The notes beneath the pieces were generated by a model. The model worked only from the letters and a program-made list of their open reading frames with translations. It searched no databases and was not told where the DNA came from. From Schizosaccharomyces osmophilus (Eukaryota), in contig NC_079240.1 of assembly GCF_027921745.1 (NCBI RefSeq), positions 186,001 to 250,000 of the forward strand: a DNA stretch of 64,000 nucleotides, in the 5' to 3' direction. Position numbers and translations under genes: made by a program. The first letter of the stretch is position 1. Every line of letters begins with the position of its first letter. Shown piece by piece: positions 1-14,500 of the stretch.

Positions 1-651
1 CAGCAAGAGTAGAAGAAGGAGAAGTGGCGGCGTTTGTTTCGGGAGGAGAAGCAACGACTGTGGTACTATTGGAACGTACACGTTTGTTTTTCTCTTCAAC
101 ATTGCGTACGAAACCTTTGGCGGGACCACGCTTTAATTGTGTTCTGGTGAATATGCATTGTAAACTGTGCTTTGAACAATTGATGCAAGCACCTGTAGAG
201 CCTTCCACCGTGTCACAGCGAATCTAAAAGATGTTAATGGGGACAAAAAGAGAGAATAGAAAAATCATACCTTCTTTTTGCGACAAAGGTCACAAGCCCG
301 AGAGACCTTTTTCCTCTTCTTCTCATCCGACGCAGCCGAAGAAACACGGACGGCACTAGGATGTACAGAAGCTTGAAAGTCTTGAAAATTGTCGTTCGTT
401 GCGGGGACGTTAGCTGGGCGTAAGACGGAAGGAGAAGAAGAGGATTGGGAAGCGAAATGGTCGTAGAGATATGGATATGTGTAGTCATTAGGACCTATGG
501 AAGGGGGGAGGCCAGGCGCATGGCGAAAGAAGGAAGGTTGGGATGGTGCAGAGAAGGAAGGAGCATGTTGGGAAGGAAGAGGGGTATTTGATGAGTTGGA
601 AGGAAATTTAGCAGGAGGAACAGGAAGATAAGAGATGGTGTTGAGATCCAT
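1..651 (-). CDS. Zn(II)2Cys6 fungal transcription factor, 5' part only (exons 651-271 and 223-<1); probable SPCC320.03 ortholog
   Basis: Removing intron 270-224 (GTATGA...TTAAC...TTTTAG, phase 0) gives KKRKKVSRACDLCRKKKIRCDTVEGSTGACINCSKHSLQCIFTRTQLKRGP, a complete six-Cys binuclear cluster. Confidence 0.9.
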
Positions 652-3166
652 GAATTAGTCAAATCATTAAATCCAAAAAAAAAAAAAAAAAAGATGATGA
701 AAATGAAATATAAAAATAAAAAACAAAGAAGGGAAACAAGGAGCGGAAGGGTAAAAGCACAATCTGTCTATTTAAATAGCAAAAGTATTAGATAAACCAG
801 AACCGAGAACCGACACAAGGAAAAGAAATACAACTTCCAATGCAAAGAAGGAAATAAGACGGAAAATTAAAAATAAATAAAATTAGCAGAAATGATGAAC
901 AAGAAGAAAGGAGGATGGAAAAGGAAGAGTATCTACAAGAAAGGAAACTGAATCCAAGGAAGGATCAGGAAATTGGGAGAATGAAGAAAAAGGAATAATG
1001 TTGTAGAGCGAAAGCAAGGCAAACGAAAACGCGAAACCCAAGGAATTGAAGGAAAGAGAAACAGATTCAAAGAACGAATGCCAAATCAAAAACGAACAAA
1101 CCAAGGCAATGGAGAAAAAAAAGAAAATCAAGTGATGCAACAAATTTTTGAAAAAAAAACCTATGATGAACCAAAATGAATGCTGGAATTAACGAAATAA
1201 GAAACCTATAGACAAAGGAAAGAAAAAAGGGAAAAGAAGAAAAGAAGGCTAGAAAAAAAGTTCTAAATGATGAATGTAAAGGCCACGATTTTGGGGTTCG
1301 TTCTTCGAAGTAGAAGAATCGAATTACAAGTAAAGAATAGAGGCCAATTTAAGATTTCGTTGTGGTACAGACTGAATTCGCACGGCCGAAAGAGCCGAAA
1401 AATAAAGTGGAAACAGCTTGTCGCTTGAAAATCAAACCTCGCAAGAATGCGAAAAAGAAAAGATAACGCACTCGTAGACTGTACAAAACAATCCAAAGCA
1501 GTCCAAGAAAAACATCCTGTCTCGGTAAACCACAGTAAATCCCCATTGCGTAGCCCGAAGAATACCACCGTAACAAGTCCGATCCTGCAAACCCAGAAAA
1601 AAAGACACGTACGGTAGGGTATGCATGCATACACGGGCATGCAGATAATGCTAAGTCAAGCCGGTTTACCATGGGAAGAGAAAAGATGTAAACAAATGGA
1701 ATCGAGTGGGACCGATCGGTTGAAAAACAAGAAAAAAGAAAATGCAACAAAAAAAAAGATTAGTGCATAAAAAAGACGGTCATTAGACAGAACCACTCGA
1801 AAATCGTAGAGTCAACATGGTAGCAAGATACGACGGGAAAAAGGCATAGAAAAGGTCGGAAAAGACAGCATTTATTAGCCAAGAGACCAGCCAAGAGACC
1901 AAATCATGGCAAAAAAACAGCGGAAAGGATGTTTGGAAAGGTCCAAACTTGGGAAAACACTGAAACAAAGTAAAGAAAGGGTGGATGGAAGAAAGTAAAA
2001 AGTAAACAAAGCCTGAAGAAGAACCCGAGAACATACGTCAAAGGAAAACAAAAATAAGTTTAAACAAGGCTTCGATAACCAACAGGCATACTCTCTGAGT
2101 AGGTAAAGCTATGTAATTGGTGAACCAACAAAGTCAATTTAACTATATAACCAATCGCTTAAAAGAAAGCCGAGTATCTGGATTTCAATTGGAAAGGTAA
2201 CCAAGTGAAAAGAATCCTATTGAACCAAATGACGTAGTATGACTTTTTACATCCAAGCGGATTCAGCCCCGGTACACATAGTTGAATCAACCTGTAAGGA
2301 AGAAGATGAAGGGAAGGAGCAGCAGCAAGGGAAAAAAAGAAAAAAAGGAAAAAAAATTCGACAAGAGAATTTCACGATTGGATTGGAAAAACTGCACACA
2401 TTCGATACATGGGATTGAAACAGCGATGGAATCAGCGACGTTTGTATTCTCCTACAAGAATTTCTGCTACGTTTGTTGACGTTATCATCAATGTGGGTCG
2501 GAAGTCGGAAGTCGGGAGCCGGTCAGGCCGTTATCAGTCCTTGGTGAAGGCTAGATCAGACGGGAAGGAGGGGAGAGGAGAGAGGCTGTATTCGATGAAG
2601 AGAAAGAAGGGAACCCCAAGGAAATGGAAAGGAAAAGATTTTGTGTGGGTGTTCGCGTGTGCATTTAGAAAATCTTTGTAAGAAAGCAAAAACGTCTACT
2701 TCAATAGACAATTGGTGAATTGCTTGATTCGCATTCATTTTCCTTCCATTCTAACCTGACTCTGACCAACTCAAGCAAAAGCAAAAGCAAAAGCAAACGC
2801 AAGTCTCTATATGCTGATGGATGGTACTTTCTTGCGTGATCCAACGACTCGTTGTCCTCATATTACGTAAAAATCATTCCATGTCGTAAAGCATGTTTAT
2901 GAAAGTGGAAAGAGTTTTTACAAAGTCTCCCCGCTGGAAAATGTCAAATGATGATGACATGAACAAACTACACAAGGTAAAATTCGGGATCGAACGTTCC
3001 AGCCTCCCGAATCTTCCCTAGAAGGTCGCTAACTAAAATACCAAGAAAATTATATATAGTGGGATATACCAGCTTGGTGCGAATCGTACAGTTTTAGAGT
3101 GATATCCTTATATATCCCTCGTTTTGTTTCTTTTTTTGAATATCTTTCACCGTCTTTCTATTCATA

Positions 3167-5321
3167 ATGAACTTTGATAACTTGAAGAACTACGCCGGTA
3201 AGGCTTACGACCAATACCAAAAGTACAACGACAGCCAAAAACAGGGCGGCTCTGGCTCTGGCTCTGGCAATGATGACTCTTTTGGCAGCGGAAACAACAA
3301 CAACAACTCTTCCTCCTTTGGTGGTAATGACAACTCTTACGGTGGTGACGACTCTTATGGAAGTGGAAACAACAATTCCTCTTTCGGTGGTAATGACTCT
3401 TATGGCAGCGGAAACGACAACTCCAACTCCTATGGAAGCAGCAACAAGAAATCTTCCTATGGTGATGACGACAACTCCTACGGTGGTGGAAACAACTCTT
3501 CCTCTTTCGGTGGTAATGACAACTCCTACGGTGGTGACTCCTACGGAAGTAGCAACAAGAAGTCTTCCTATGGCGGTGACGACTCTTATGGAAGCGGAAA
3601 CGACAACTCCAACTCCTACGGAAGCAGCAACAAGAAGTCTTCCTATGGCGGTGACGACTCTTATGGAAGTGGAAACGACAACTCCAACTCCTACGGAAGC
3701 AGCAACAAGAAATCTTCCTATGGTGACGACGACAACTCCTACAGTGGTGGAAACAACTCTTCCTCTTTCGGTGGTAATGACAACTCCTACGGTGGTGACT
3801 CTTATGGAGGTGGAAACAAGAAATCTTCCTACGGTGGTGATGATTCCTACGGTGGTAATGACTCTTATGGCAGCGGAAACGACAACTCCAACTCCTACGG
3901 AAGCAGCAACAAGAAGTCTTCCTATGGCGGTGACGACTCTTATGGAAGTGGAAACGACAACTCCAACTCCTACGGAAGCAGCAACAAGAAATCTTCCTAT
4001 GGTGACGACGACAACTCCTACAGTGGTGGAAACAACTCTTCCTCTTTCGGTGGTAATGACAACTCCTACGGTGGTGACTCTTATGGAGGTGGAAACAAGA
4101 AATCTTCCTACGGCGGTGACGATTCCTACGGTGGTGGAAACAACTCTTCCTCCTTTGGTGGTGACTCCTTCGGAGGAAACAACAACAGCTCCTCCGGCGG
4201 TGGCAGCAGCGGCCACAAAAAGTCTCACGGCAATGACAACTCCAACTCCTACGGTGGTGACTCCTACGGAAGCGGCAACGACAACTCTTATGGCGGTAAC
4301 GACAACTCTTATGGTGGTAATGACAACTCTTATGGCGGTAATGACAACTCTTCCTTCGGTGGTGGTAACAACTCCTTTGGAGGAGGCTCTTATGGTAACT
4401 CAGATAACTTTTAATTGAGTGGTTATTAATTGCTTAGGTAATAATAATATGCAAAGTTCCAAGAGCAACAAGTCCTTTGATCAAACTTTAAATTCAAACT
4501 CGGGGGCCAGTGCCAGTTCGACGCCCCTGGACGCCAGTACCTTCATCAATGCCTTTTCCAAGTTAGGTCTTGGAAATAGCGATGGTCAAAAGTCTGGTGA
4601 TCAAGGCTCGAACTCTCTTAGTCATGCTGCAGTTTTCAGTGCCGTTCAAAAGTACTTTTCTCAAAACGGCGATGCATTGGCAAATGGCCAAGGTCATTCT
4701 GATGAGCACCAAACCAATTTCCTCTCCATGGTAGAACAAGAGGCCCAAGGCTTGATGAGCACCAATTCTTCCGGACAAGGCCGTGGTATCGGTGGCTCTG
4801 AAGGAGATGTGAAGTCGTCTGTTCAATTGGCAAAAATTCTTTTCCAGAACCGTAATTTGCTTTCGAAGTTGGCTGAGGCGGGTGGCTCTTCTCAAGCTAG
4901 TGGAAACAGCGCCATACTATCCAGTGTTGTTGGCTCTTTTCTTGGAGGTTCTACTTCCAACAACTCGAATGCCGCCAACAACATGAATCCCCAAGCCCAG
5001 ACTCATGGCTTGCAAGAGATGGCTGCGAGCTTTCTGGGTCCTGGAAACCAAACCTCTAATCAGAATTCTGGGAATTCGCAAGGTGCTGGTTTAGCTGGTT
5101 TGGGAAGCTTAGCTGGTAACTTTTTGAATTCCGGCAACAACTCTGGCAACCAGCAACAACAACAACAAGGTCATGGCAATGCTGACTCTGGATTAGCTGG
5201 TAGCTTGTTGCATGCTGTTACTGGAAACAAAAACCAAGATGACGGAAATCAAGGTCCATCCAAGCATTCACAAGGCGGAGATGGTTTGATGGGAAAGGCC
5301 ATTAACATGTTTTTGCAATAA
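3167..5321 (+). CDS. Gly/Ser/Asn/Asp/Tyr low-complexity repeat protein with a C-terminal helical domain (exons 3167-4394 and 4438-5321); positional SPCC1235.01 ortholog
   Basis: ATG 3167 follows TATA-like TATATATA (~3050). A 43-nt intron 4395-4437 (GTAACT...TTAAT...TTAG, phase 1) joins ORF 3167-4414 in frame to ORF 4419-5321. Confidence 0.75.
3270..4390 (+). repeat. Coding nested tandem repeat array (units such as SYGSGNDNSN, SYGSSNKKS, SSFGGNDNSYGG), including near-identical ~300-nt blocks
   Basis: Repeated GACAACTCCAACTCCTACGGAAGCAGCAACAAGAA and TCTTCCTCTTTCGGTGGTAATGACAACTC blocks are directly visible. Confidence 0.95.
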
Positions 5322-6074
5322 TTGTTTTTTGAAGTTTTTGCTGGTTCGTGGATAATAGACGAACTTGACTTTATTTAGGTACATACACATAAGGGTATAG
5401 ACTTTTGCATGTTTGCATTCTATAGCAGGTGCTATTTTGCTGAAAAGATACGATGATAGAAGAGTAGGTACCAAAGTGAATGGAAGTAATTTACAATATA
5501 CTTTTAAGAAAAGGTTTCCGTCTTCGATTCTAGTGTTTTGCATCAACGAAAAGTCTGCGCGGGCAGTCCAGTTTGTATGGAACTGAATCTACTAGGAGTT
5601 TTTACAGGTGCTATATAAGACAGATTTCATGACAAGGAAAGGAACAGTAATGAATATGAGATTAGAGCTTTCGTAACGGAATCCTTGACATGTTTTGACA
5701 TCCATAAGCAATATTTCCTTTTCCTTTTCGTTAGTAAATAATGTGGAATACCACTGCTACAATAAAGTACACAAACATAGAATATCGAACAAACTGGTGA
5801 TAATGATATCATTTCCGTATTTTTGTCCTTGCCAATAAAAGATGAAAGAGATTGATTGATAAACATACTTCTCTTCCCCGGGAGAACTGAGTGCTAAACT
5901 ACACCAAAAGAGCCGTGAGAAAACGCGTAGAAAGGAGCATCGTTGAGGAATTCCAGTAATAATTCGAACCATTCTGTGTTCATTTCAAGATTTTCGATTG
6001 AAGCTTCCTCAAGGTTTGAGCAAAAAGCTGTTGAAATTGAATCTCTTTCAAAGTCTGGTGTATTGCAATTCACG

Positions 6075-7329
6075 ATGTTTGGAGCTATAAGACATCAAAT
6101 TCGTAAATCTTCGACTTCCGCAGCGATTCGGAATGACTGGACGCGTGAACAAATTGGTAAAATCTATCATATGCCATTGATAGAGCTTGTTTTCAGAGCG
6201 GTATGAAAGATTCATCTCCTTTAAGAAACCAAGTAAATCTAATCAGTTGTGCTTTTCTATAGGCTACAGTACATCGACAATTCCATGATCCTCGTAAAAT
6301 ACAACAATGCACGCTTCTTTCCATCAAGACAGGTATGTATTGAATTTCGTTTCAAGCTTAATCTCTATGGAAGACACTAATGCTCTTTCTTTAGGTGGCT
6401 GCACTGAAGACTGCAAGTATTGCTCTCAGTCTTCCCGTTACAGCACCGGTGTCAAGGCTTCAAGGTTGATGAAAGTGGAAGATATCATGGAAAAGGCTCA
6501 TATTGCAAAAGCCAAAGGCAGCACGCGTTTCTGTATGGGAAGCGCTTGGCGTGATTTGAATGGTCGAACCCGCACATTTAAGAATATCTTGGAGGTCATC
6601 AAACAAGTCCGTGCTTTGAACATGGAAGTATGTGTCACTCTAGGCATGTTGGATGAACATCAAGCTAAAGACCTTAAAGATGCTGGATTAACCGCTTATA
6701 ACCATAATCTGGACACTTCTCCCGAATACTACCCCAAGATTATCTCGACTAGGTCGTATGATGAACGTTTGAATACTATTGATAATATTCGCAAGGCCGG
6801 AATCAAGGTTTGTAGTGGTGGTATTTTAGGTCTTGGTGAAAAAGAACAAGACCGTATTGGCCTCATCCATTCTTTAGCCAACATGCCATCTCATCCTGAG
6901 TCTGTTCCTATTAATGCTCTCGTCCCCATTCCTGGAACTCCCATTGGTGACATGGTCAAGAAACCAGTCGGCTTTCACTCCTTCCTCCGTGCCATTGCTA
7001 CTGCACGTATTTGCATGCCCAAAACCATTATTCGATTTTCCGCTGGCCGTACTCAGTTTTCTGAAACGGAACAAGTGATGGCTTTTATGGCTGGTGCCAA
7101 TTCTGTATTTACCGGCGAAAAGATGCTCACCACTCCTTCTGTTACCTGGGACCAAGACAGCCAATTGTTCCACAAATGGGGTTTCCATAATTTGGAAAGC
7201 TTCGAGTATGATGAAGGAGCTGAAGAACCAAACTTTACTCTTCCTCCCAAAAACCGTTTTCGCCCCGACCATGCTGAAGCTTTGAAGGCCGCGAGACCCC
7301 AACTAGAAGCTCAAGGATTGGCCATGTAA
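6075..7329 (+). CDS. bio2: Biotin synthase (exons 6075-6200, 6263-6332, 6395-7329)
   Basis: Radical-SAM motif CTEDCKYC plus YNHNLDTS and VCSGGILGLGE motifs; canonical introns. Confidence 0.96.
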
Positions 7330-7759
7330 TGCACGAATTCCTTCACTTATTTCCCAATCCTTTGGTCATTTCGTCTATCCTTTTCTTTCTATCTCGAGGA
7401 ACATTCTTCCTTTTGATTATCTTATGCTATACATATATTTGAGCAATTCAAATGCTAGATAAATGAATAAAATGTTCGTTCTTTTGATTCATATTCGAAT
7501 AAGTTCCATTAAGCAGGCATCAAAGCCACCTTTCATAAAATATTAATAAGGTCAAAAAGCAACTGCTGATTAAATTGAATTTTGCAAAACTCTGCCATAT
7601 TTCTTTTATTTACATTTTAGCGATGTAATGTCCGTCTTTGGTATTTCGCATAAAAAACTATCTTCGTAATTTCTAAAATCTTTGGCATTACACGTATGCC
7701 AAAACGAAGCAAACGCGGCCTGCAATGAACAATATTTCTTTTTAAGCGAACGCAATCCA

Positions 7760-9300
7760 ATGCCAGATTGGCGTTCGCAATTTGAGGTAATGATAAAAAT
7801 AAAGTAGTTTTGCTAAAGCGTTAGGAACACTATTCCCTGTATCTGGATTCAGCACTTGTCTTGGCTATTGTCAATGACTGCGAGGATAGCGATAATGCTC
7901 GGGATGTGTTGGAATTACTAAAAAATGATGGTCAATGTTTGACTCATGAAGATGGTTGGAATCAGTCCACAGCACGAGAGGAAGAAAATGAAATTTTACA
8001 TACATTAGACGATGAATTTAACGCAGAGCATGAGGTTGACTATTCAGAAGAATTGATGGATTCTCCTTATGATCTCGATGGAACAGTTTATAGCTTTTTG
8101 CGATCCATGTTCCGTGATATTGCTCCACAACGAGTTCAATATGTTCTTAACAAATGTGAAAATGATCTTACGCGCGCCAGTGACGAATTGTTAAATCAGG
8201 AAGTATTGGAAAAAGATGAAGGGCTTGGAAATGCTACCGATGCTCTTTTTGCAGCTCCAAACATCTCTCATCGTTCTCGGCAGCGTAAACGGAAAAATAA
8301 AAAACCCAATGCTTCACGAAGAGCCCCGTGGACACATGATCTGGATTTAAATGGAAATAAATCAGATACTGATGAAGAATTGGCTCAGTTTACGGTGAAC
8401 AAGCTTTCCTTTTGGGAAAGAAATCAACAGCTTTTCGAAAAAATATCCTCCATTTTGGATATTGCTAACTCTCGAGTCAGCCATGAATTTTATAAGCATT
8501 CTGGATCATTGTACTTTACAGTGAACGCTTTGCTGCGGAAGCATCCTTTATTGACGCAGACATTTGAGAACTCATGTCAAGATACTGCATCTGAACTATC
8601 AAAATACACTGGTCTCTCCCTTCAATTTTGCTGTGAACTTTTGACCTGTAGTAAAGACGTACAAGGAGCAAAATGGATTGCTTACGCCGTGAAGCAATCT
8701 CAACCAAAAGATACGACTAAATTGGAGCTCGGTCTACTTGGTAACGAAAAACCTAAAGTAAGCACATCGTCTGCTTTAAATCATAATTTGAATGAAAACT
8801 ATAATTCAATGGAAGCGTACTCGACAGAAGAATGTAATCGGTTAGCGGATGAGTACATAGATTCTCGAAATGCCGAATACGCTGCTTCTGCCAGGGATTA
8901 CCGGAGAAGCAAAAGTGATCGATTGCTTGGTGGATCTGCAACATATCATGCTCAAGTTGGAAGAGAATATCACGAAAAAGCCATGAAATGGCGAGGCTTA
9001 GCCATGAGGTCTTTGTCTCAAACTGGAACGCCTTATTCGTTGGATTTGCATGGTGCGACTGTTCGTGAGGCTAAAACTATCGTGGAAGAGAGAGTTTCAA
9101 GTTGGTGGGCGAGGGAAGCAGATTCTTCTCCGAATTGTATACACCCTTTCAGAATCATCACAGGGATTGGCAATCACAGTGTAGGTATGGAGGCGAGGCT
9201 TTTACCCTCCATAGTGAGATGGTTACAGCAAAATGGTTGGAGGTTTGAGATAAATCATGGTCAAGTTGAGGTTTATGGTGCTATTCGCAAGAAAAAATAA
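7760..9300 (+). CDS. cue2: CUE + SMR domain no-go-decay endonuclease (exons 7760-7786, 7825-9300)
   Basis: SMR motifs LDLHGATVREA and IITGIGNHS; CUE-like LRSMF...ASDELL; short first exon with GTAATG...CTAA...TTAG intron. Confidence 0.85.
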
Positions 9301-9671
9301 GGATAGCATCTAGTACTAAACATTCCAGAGGGCCTTTAAAAGTTTGTTTTATATTTTTTGCATGCATTAAAAGATTGTATTGTTTTTTTGGTTACTTGGT
9401 TGTTTTAATTTTATTGAAATTCAATGTAAATCGATTGAAGCTCATCATATTTATGAAATTGTTCATGACTTTGGAGTTTTCCAGGTATATAAGCGTCGTT
9501 AATGAAATCATTAAAGCGAGGAAGTAAACTAGGGGTCTGAACCAGTCTTGAATCGCGCATACAAAGTCCAAAATGTACGTCGGGATCACAATTTATTAGC
9601 AATTCAGGTTCTTTATACCTCGAAGAATAAAAAAAAAAAAAAAAAAATTAAGCAAAGATTAGCCAAAGAAG

Positions 9672-10603
9672 TTAAGAAACTTCAGATGGGGCATATGATG
9701 AGGCACCACTCTCATACAAATAACGAGAGTTGGTCCTTTGAAAAGAGATGCTTCGATTACGTCCAAATCGTTCCAATGAATCATCCGAAAGTAAATGAGC
9801 AGGAGAATAAGATCCGTCTTCATTCATAAGAGCAGGGTTAGGAGATGTATCGGAAATACCACCTAGGGAGGTATATCCGTTATCGTATAATGTACAGTAT
9901 TTGGTTTTAGTTTCCAGTAAAAGCTAGATATTTGTCTAGTTAGTAAAAAATGATAAACTACATTGTATAGTTAAAAACACTTACGTCCCAGACTTCCGAG
10001 TATGTCCAGTCTAAGATTGGTTGAACTCGCATGAACTTCGGCCATCCTTTGTCGGTCATCTCAAAAGCAATGCGGTTCATGCCGTGAGGATCTAATCGAC
10101 GAATTCCGATAAGTATTGCTTCGATATTTGGGTTATCCTTAAGGAAAAGCGTGAATGCGTCTTTCATAGGAAGGGAAATCCTAATAATGTTAAGACCGTA
10201 AAGGTCTTGGCAATTTTGAACGAATTCATCCATTTCATGAAATTCATCTTTTGGTCGTACAAACACGAAGGGTATTTCTGATAACTTCTGTTTTGCCAGA
10301 GAGGGGCCGTATTTTTCCCTTAAACAGTATATACACAGCAACAATAACATGAGGCAATCCTTTCCTCCATTAAATGACATAGCAATTCGTGAGGTCCTGT
10401 ACAATACGGTTAGCACAAAAGAATAAAGAAAATGATTCAATTTTATTCAACCAATATCTTCCTTACTCATAACAGTCGAGTGCATAATCAAGAGATTTCA
10501 GCGATCCTGTAAGCTTTTGCTTCAGAACACTAATTTTCTCAGATGAAGAATTTGAAGTATAAATACTTTTTATCTTATTATATACGTCTTCCAATGCCTC
10601 CAT
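9672..10603 (-). CDS. fad1: FAD synthetase (exons 10603-10467, 10396-9985, 9923-9672)
   Basis: SFNGGKDC, IGIRRLDP, RVQPILDW and YCTLYDNGYTSLGG motifs of the PAPS-reductase-like FAD synthetase family. Confidence 0.92.
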
Positions 10604-11527
10604 GGAGCCTCTACTTTTTTTAATTGCAGCAATGAAGCACCCCGGTTTCCTATGCACCTATATTGTGCTCAAAAGTTCACAAAACAGAAGAAATAATAAA
10701 ATATTTTCCCTTGTTTGTTTTTTATATACACTGACAGTTATTATTAGTAGTATCTTTTTAACGTTAATTCAAGAAGAGTGGACGTGGTGGAATTATTATT
10801 CGTGAGATGCTATAAGCAGCTGATGTTCGTCGAGACAAAAGTATACTATTTCTCTTTCAATTTTTATTTAAGCAGTTATTTGATTATATTTTTGTTTTTC
10901 AATTAGATTTTAGTAACGACTTGGACAGAAAAACACTTTATTTTACGGAGAACACATACAAAAATTTAGAAAAAGATAATCGAAAGTCATTAGACTTTCT
11001 TCATTCAGTCTTACATGCTATTTGCTTTTCGAAGAAACCAAATCAATTTTCATTAAATCTATATACATATAAAAAAACTTCTAAATTAATATACAAGAAA
11101 AGGCTCCAAATAAAATGGTATCAAGTTGTAGGTTTTGTATCCGGTTTAATCTTGATTATGAAGCAACGTAAAAGAAAAGACAAAATCTTTATCCCTCGCG
11201 ACAACATTCTTGTAAGTTCAAAATCAAATTCCTTCGGTATTTTCCAGAATACGAAGGATATTGTAAAACGAGCTCATAGATCGCAATATACCACTTATGA
11301 TAGATACATAACTCGTCTTTCACTTTTTGTGTTTTTTTTTTCATCATCCTATGTGATGGTACTAGAAAACGGCACAAAGCGATGATCAACCTAATAAAAT
11401 CCAAAAGGAAAATCAAAAAATCCATTTCTTAACCTCAAAGAAACATTGCGAGTTGAAGATAAAAAGATCACGATAGTTGAATGGAAGGCGCGAGCTATCA
11501 TCCGCATTTCTTGTAAAAAGTTTTGCT

Positions 11528-14500
11528 TTAAACTGCCTTTAAATGATCTTCTTCAGCCGTCTGAGAAGATAGCTCAGCTGCTGATGGTTTCTCCTCCGAC
11601 GTTGCTAAAGATGTAGTATCATCACTTTCTTTACCCTCTTCTATAGCATTAGAACTCGATGCTGCCTCCGTAATATTACTCGACGGATTGTTTAGACTAG
11701 AATTATCCTCAACCTTTTTTTCGTCGGGTTTCACTTGGTCTTCGTTATTTGAAGGTTCTTCCTGTTTCGTGATTTCTAATTTAGTCGCGTCAGCGGTCGT
11801 TTCTGGTTCAATACTTTTTGGTTCTTCCTTAGACTCGTCCTCTTGGAGCTCCTCCTTAGTTTGAATTTTTTTAGTATTATCAGTTTCCGTATCTCCTTCA
11901 TTATCGTGATCTTCTTTGTCAAACATATCTTGAACCAAACGCTCTCCCAGCTCTTCGCGGTCTTTGCCATCAGAGCTAAGACTCATGTCGAGAGCTAACT
12001 TGGTATTTGCAAGTCTTTGAATATACTCTTCAACAGTCTCTTTCGTAATTAATCTTATAACTCTTACATCGCGCATCTGGCCCACACGATGTGCACGATC
12101 TTCAGCTTGCAGGTCATCAAAAGGATTATAAGAACAATCATATAAAATTACCACATTCGCACAAGCCAGGTTAATACCAAAACCACCAGCTCTAGTGGAC
12201 AGTAAAAATACCGTAACATCGGGTTCCCTATGAAATTGATCAATAATGTCTTGACGAGTTTCTACTTGAGTAGATCCATCCAAACGAACATAAGAAATTT
12301 TCAAAGAATCCAAAACTTGCTCTAAAATATCAAGCATTTGCGTAAACTGGCTAAAAAGAAGTATACGATCTCCTTTCTGTTTCATTTCAGGTATCATCTT
12401 TTTGAGTTTCAAGATTTTTCCTGAATCCATCCAAGGCTCGTCTTTCAACAAGTATGGTTGCAATGTGGAGAAATTACAGCACAGACGATGAAGCTCAAAG
12501 TCGGACATAATTTCCATATCTTCAAAGATGTATTGCTCATTTGCATTTTTGTACTGTTCTTCCTTCATGATATCTTTAGCCATTTTGTGCAAAGTATCGG
12601 TATCATAATGTTCTCGGAAAAGTAAAGCATGGTTCGTAGCCTTTCGTAATTGCATAAGGGTATGTCCAACCGATGCCGGCTTGCCATTCTCCCCATTTTC
12701 TTCGTCCTTCTTTACTTTCTTAGGTCGCTTGTCCTCACGTTTTAATTGTTGAGATTTCTGCACAGCAGCATACCGATTGTATATTTTTTCCTGTTCGGCG
12801 GATAAATCGCAATATTCAATGTGATGACTTTTCTGAGGTAAGTCACCCAAAACTTGCGCTTTACGTCGACGCAATACAAAAGGAGTCATCATTGTTTTGG
12901 CTCTGCTGATTCTCTGCTTAGATAACAGAGCTTGCTCAATGTCGGCATCAGCAGTAGGCTTGGCTTTGAAAATGACATCCAAGTCCTCCATGTCACTGTC
13001 AAACATGTTCGGAAGGATAAAAGCTAGCAACGATACTAACTCTTTTAGATTGTTCTGCAGAGGAGTACCAGTCAAGAGTAACCGAAAGTTAGCAGTTAAG
13101 TTCATCAAATTCTTATATCGCTCTGACATTCGATTTTTCAAATAATGGCCTTCATCATAAACACAGACATCATAATTTTGATGCTTTAGAAATGAGCGGT
13201 CCTCTTTGCTACTGGTAGCAAGCTGGTATGTAGTTACCAGGATGTCATATGTTACGTTGTTTTCTTCTATAGCTTCTCGAATATTAGCACGTTCTTGTTG
13301 ACTTCCGTAGTATGGTTCTACACGAAGGCGAGGACAAAAGCGAGCAAGCTCACGCAACCAATTTTCTAGAGTAGAAGAGGGAACGACTACGAGATGAGGA
13401 CCAGTACGGCCTTGTTCAAGAAGCAAAGCAAAAAAAGCAACAACCTGACATGTCTTACCTAAGCCCATTTCATCGGCTAAAATACCAGAAAGACCCAATC
13501 TGTACAATAAGTTCATCCAATTCACACCAATCATTTGGTAGCTCTTTAGCTTTACATCAGGAGCAAGACTGGCAGGTTGTTCAGTGATAAACCCAGGATA
13601 GTTAGCGTTATAAGAAGGTTTATTGTATAGTGAATCCATATCAACGATGTTTAACTCACCAGAAGCTTCTTTTAATTTAATACCCCAAGAAGCCATACCA
13701 TCGGAAATACGCTTACCTAGATCTTCGCAACGAGCAATAAGGTTATCAATAGCATAGTATCCTTCCATGGTCTCCAAGCAAACGTTGACAATCTTTTGAC
13801 CCATAGGAATCTTCGGTCTTCTTCGACCTCTCCTACCAGGCTTACTGGGAATATCATCTGGATGCTTTATAATAGAGGCTTCGGTGAGACTATTGAAAGG
13901 ACGATGTTCCAAAAGCAACTTGGAGTGAGCGAGTGGGCAACTGGCAGTATCAGAAATTTCTTTAGCAGAACTAACATTGATGAAATTGAGAACAGTCCGT
14001 TCCAAAGCTGAAGTGTCTTTTTGAACGACAACATCTGATTCTTCTCCAGAATCATAGAATTCATCTTCTTCAACAGGTTTTTTTGCCGGTTTTCGGGAGT
14101 AGGAGGGAATAGGCGTGGCTTCCTCGGCAGGTATCATGGGAAACCCAGCTGAGGGTTGGGTGTACTTGTCACGAATAGAACGTTTCTGGGTTTGTACAGT
14201 ACGATTCGAGGTTTCTTGTTTTGGAATATAACTGGAGAAGTCAGGGAGACCATGAGTAAAAGCCTGATGTTGCTGTAGCTCAGCTGACACATCATGATTC
14301 AAGAACTGTCGGGATAATACAGACAAAGCAGTCGTCTCTTCCCAGTTATTTTGTGCAAGGGCATTGATCGTTGTTCCAATATCGGCTTGAGGAATGAAAG
14401 AACGGATCCATTGAACGCATTGCATAGCATAATTGGGGTTTTTTCTAGGATCCTTTGTAGAAGCATCAGTCTTTATGGGAGGAGAAGAAAAGGAAGGGGT

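Noticed and set aside
883..2738. Phe/Leu- or Lys-rich ORFs in the large intergenic region
   Set aside because: Products of purine/pyrimidine strand skew in UTR/promoter DNA; no recognisable motifs
3158..4228. 356-aa antisense Val/Thr-rich ORF
   Set aside because: Shadow of the repeat array with a non-ATG start; explained by codon usage of the sense gene
3270..4390. CRISPR-like array
   Set aside because: Eukaryotic coding repeat; no unique spacers and no cas genes
4416..4418. Stop-codon readthrough joining the Thr-rich ORF to 4419-5321
   Set aside because: A canonical short intron gives a simpler in-frame fusion from the better-supported ATG at 3167
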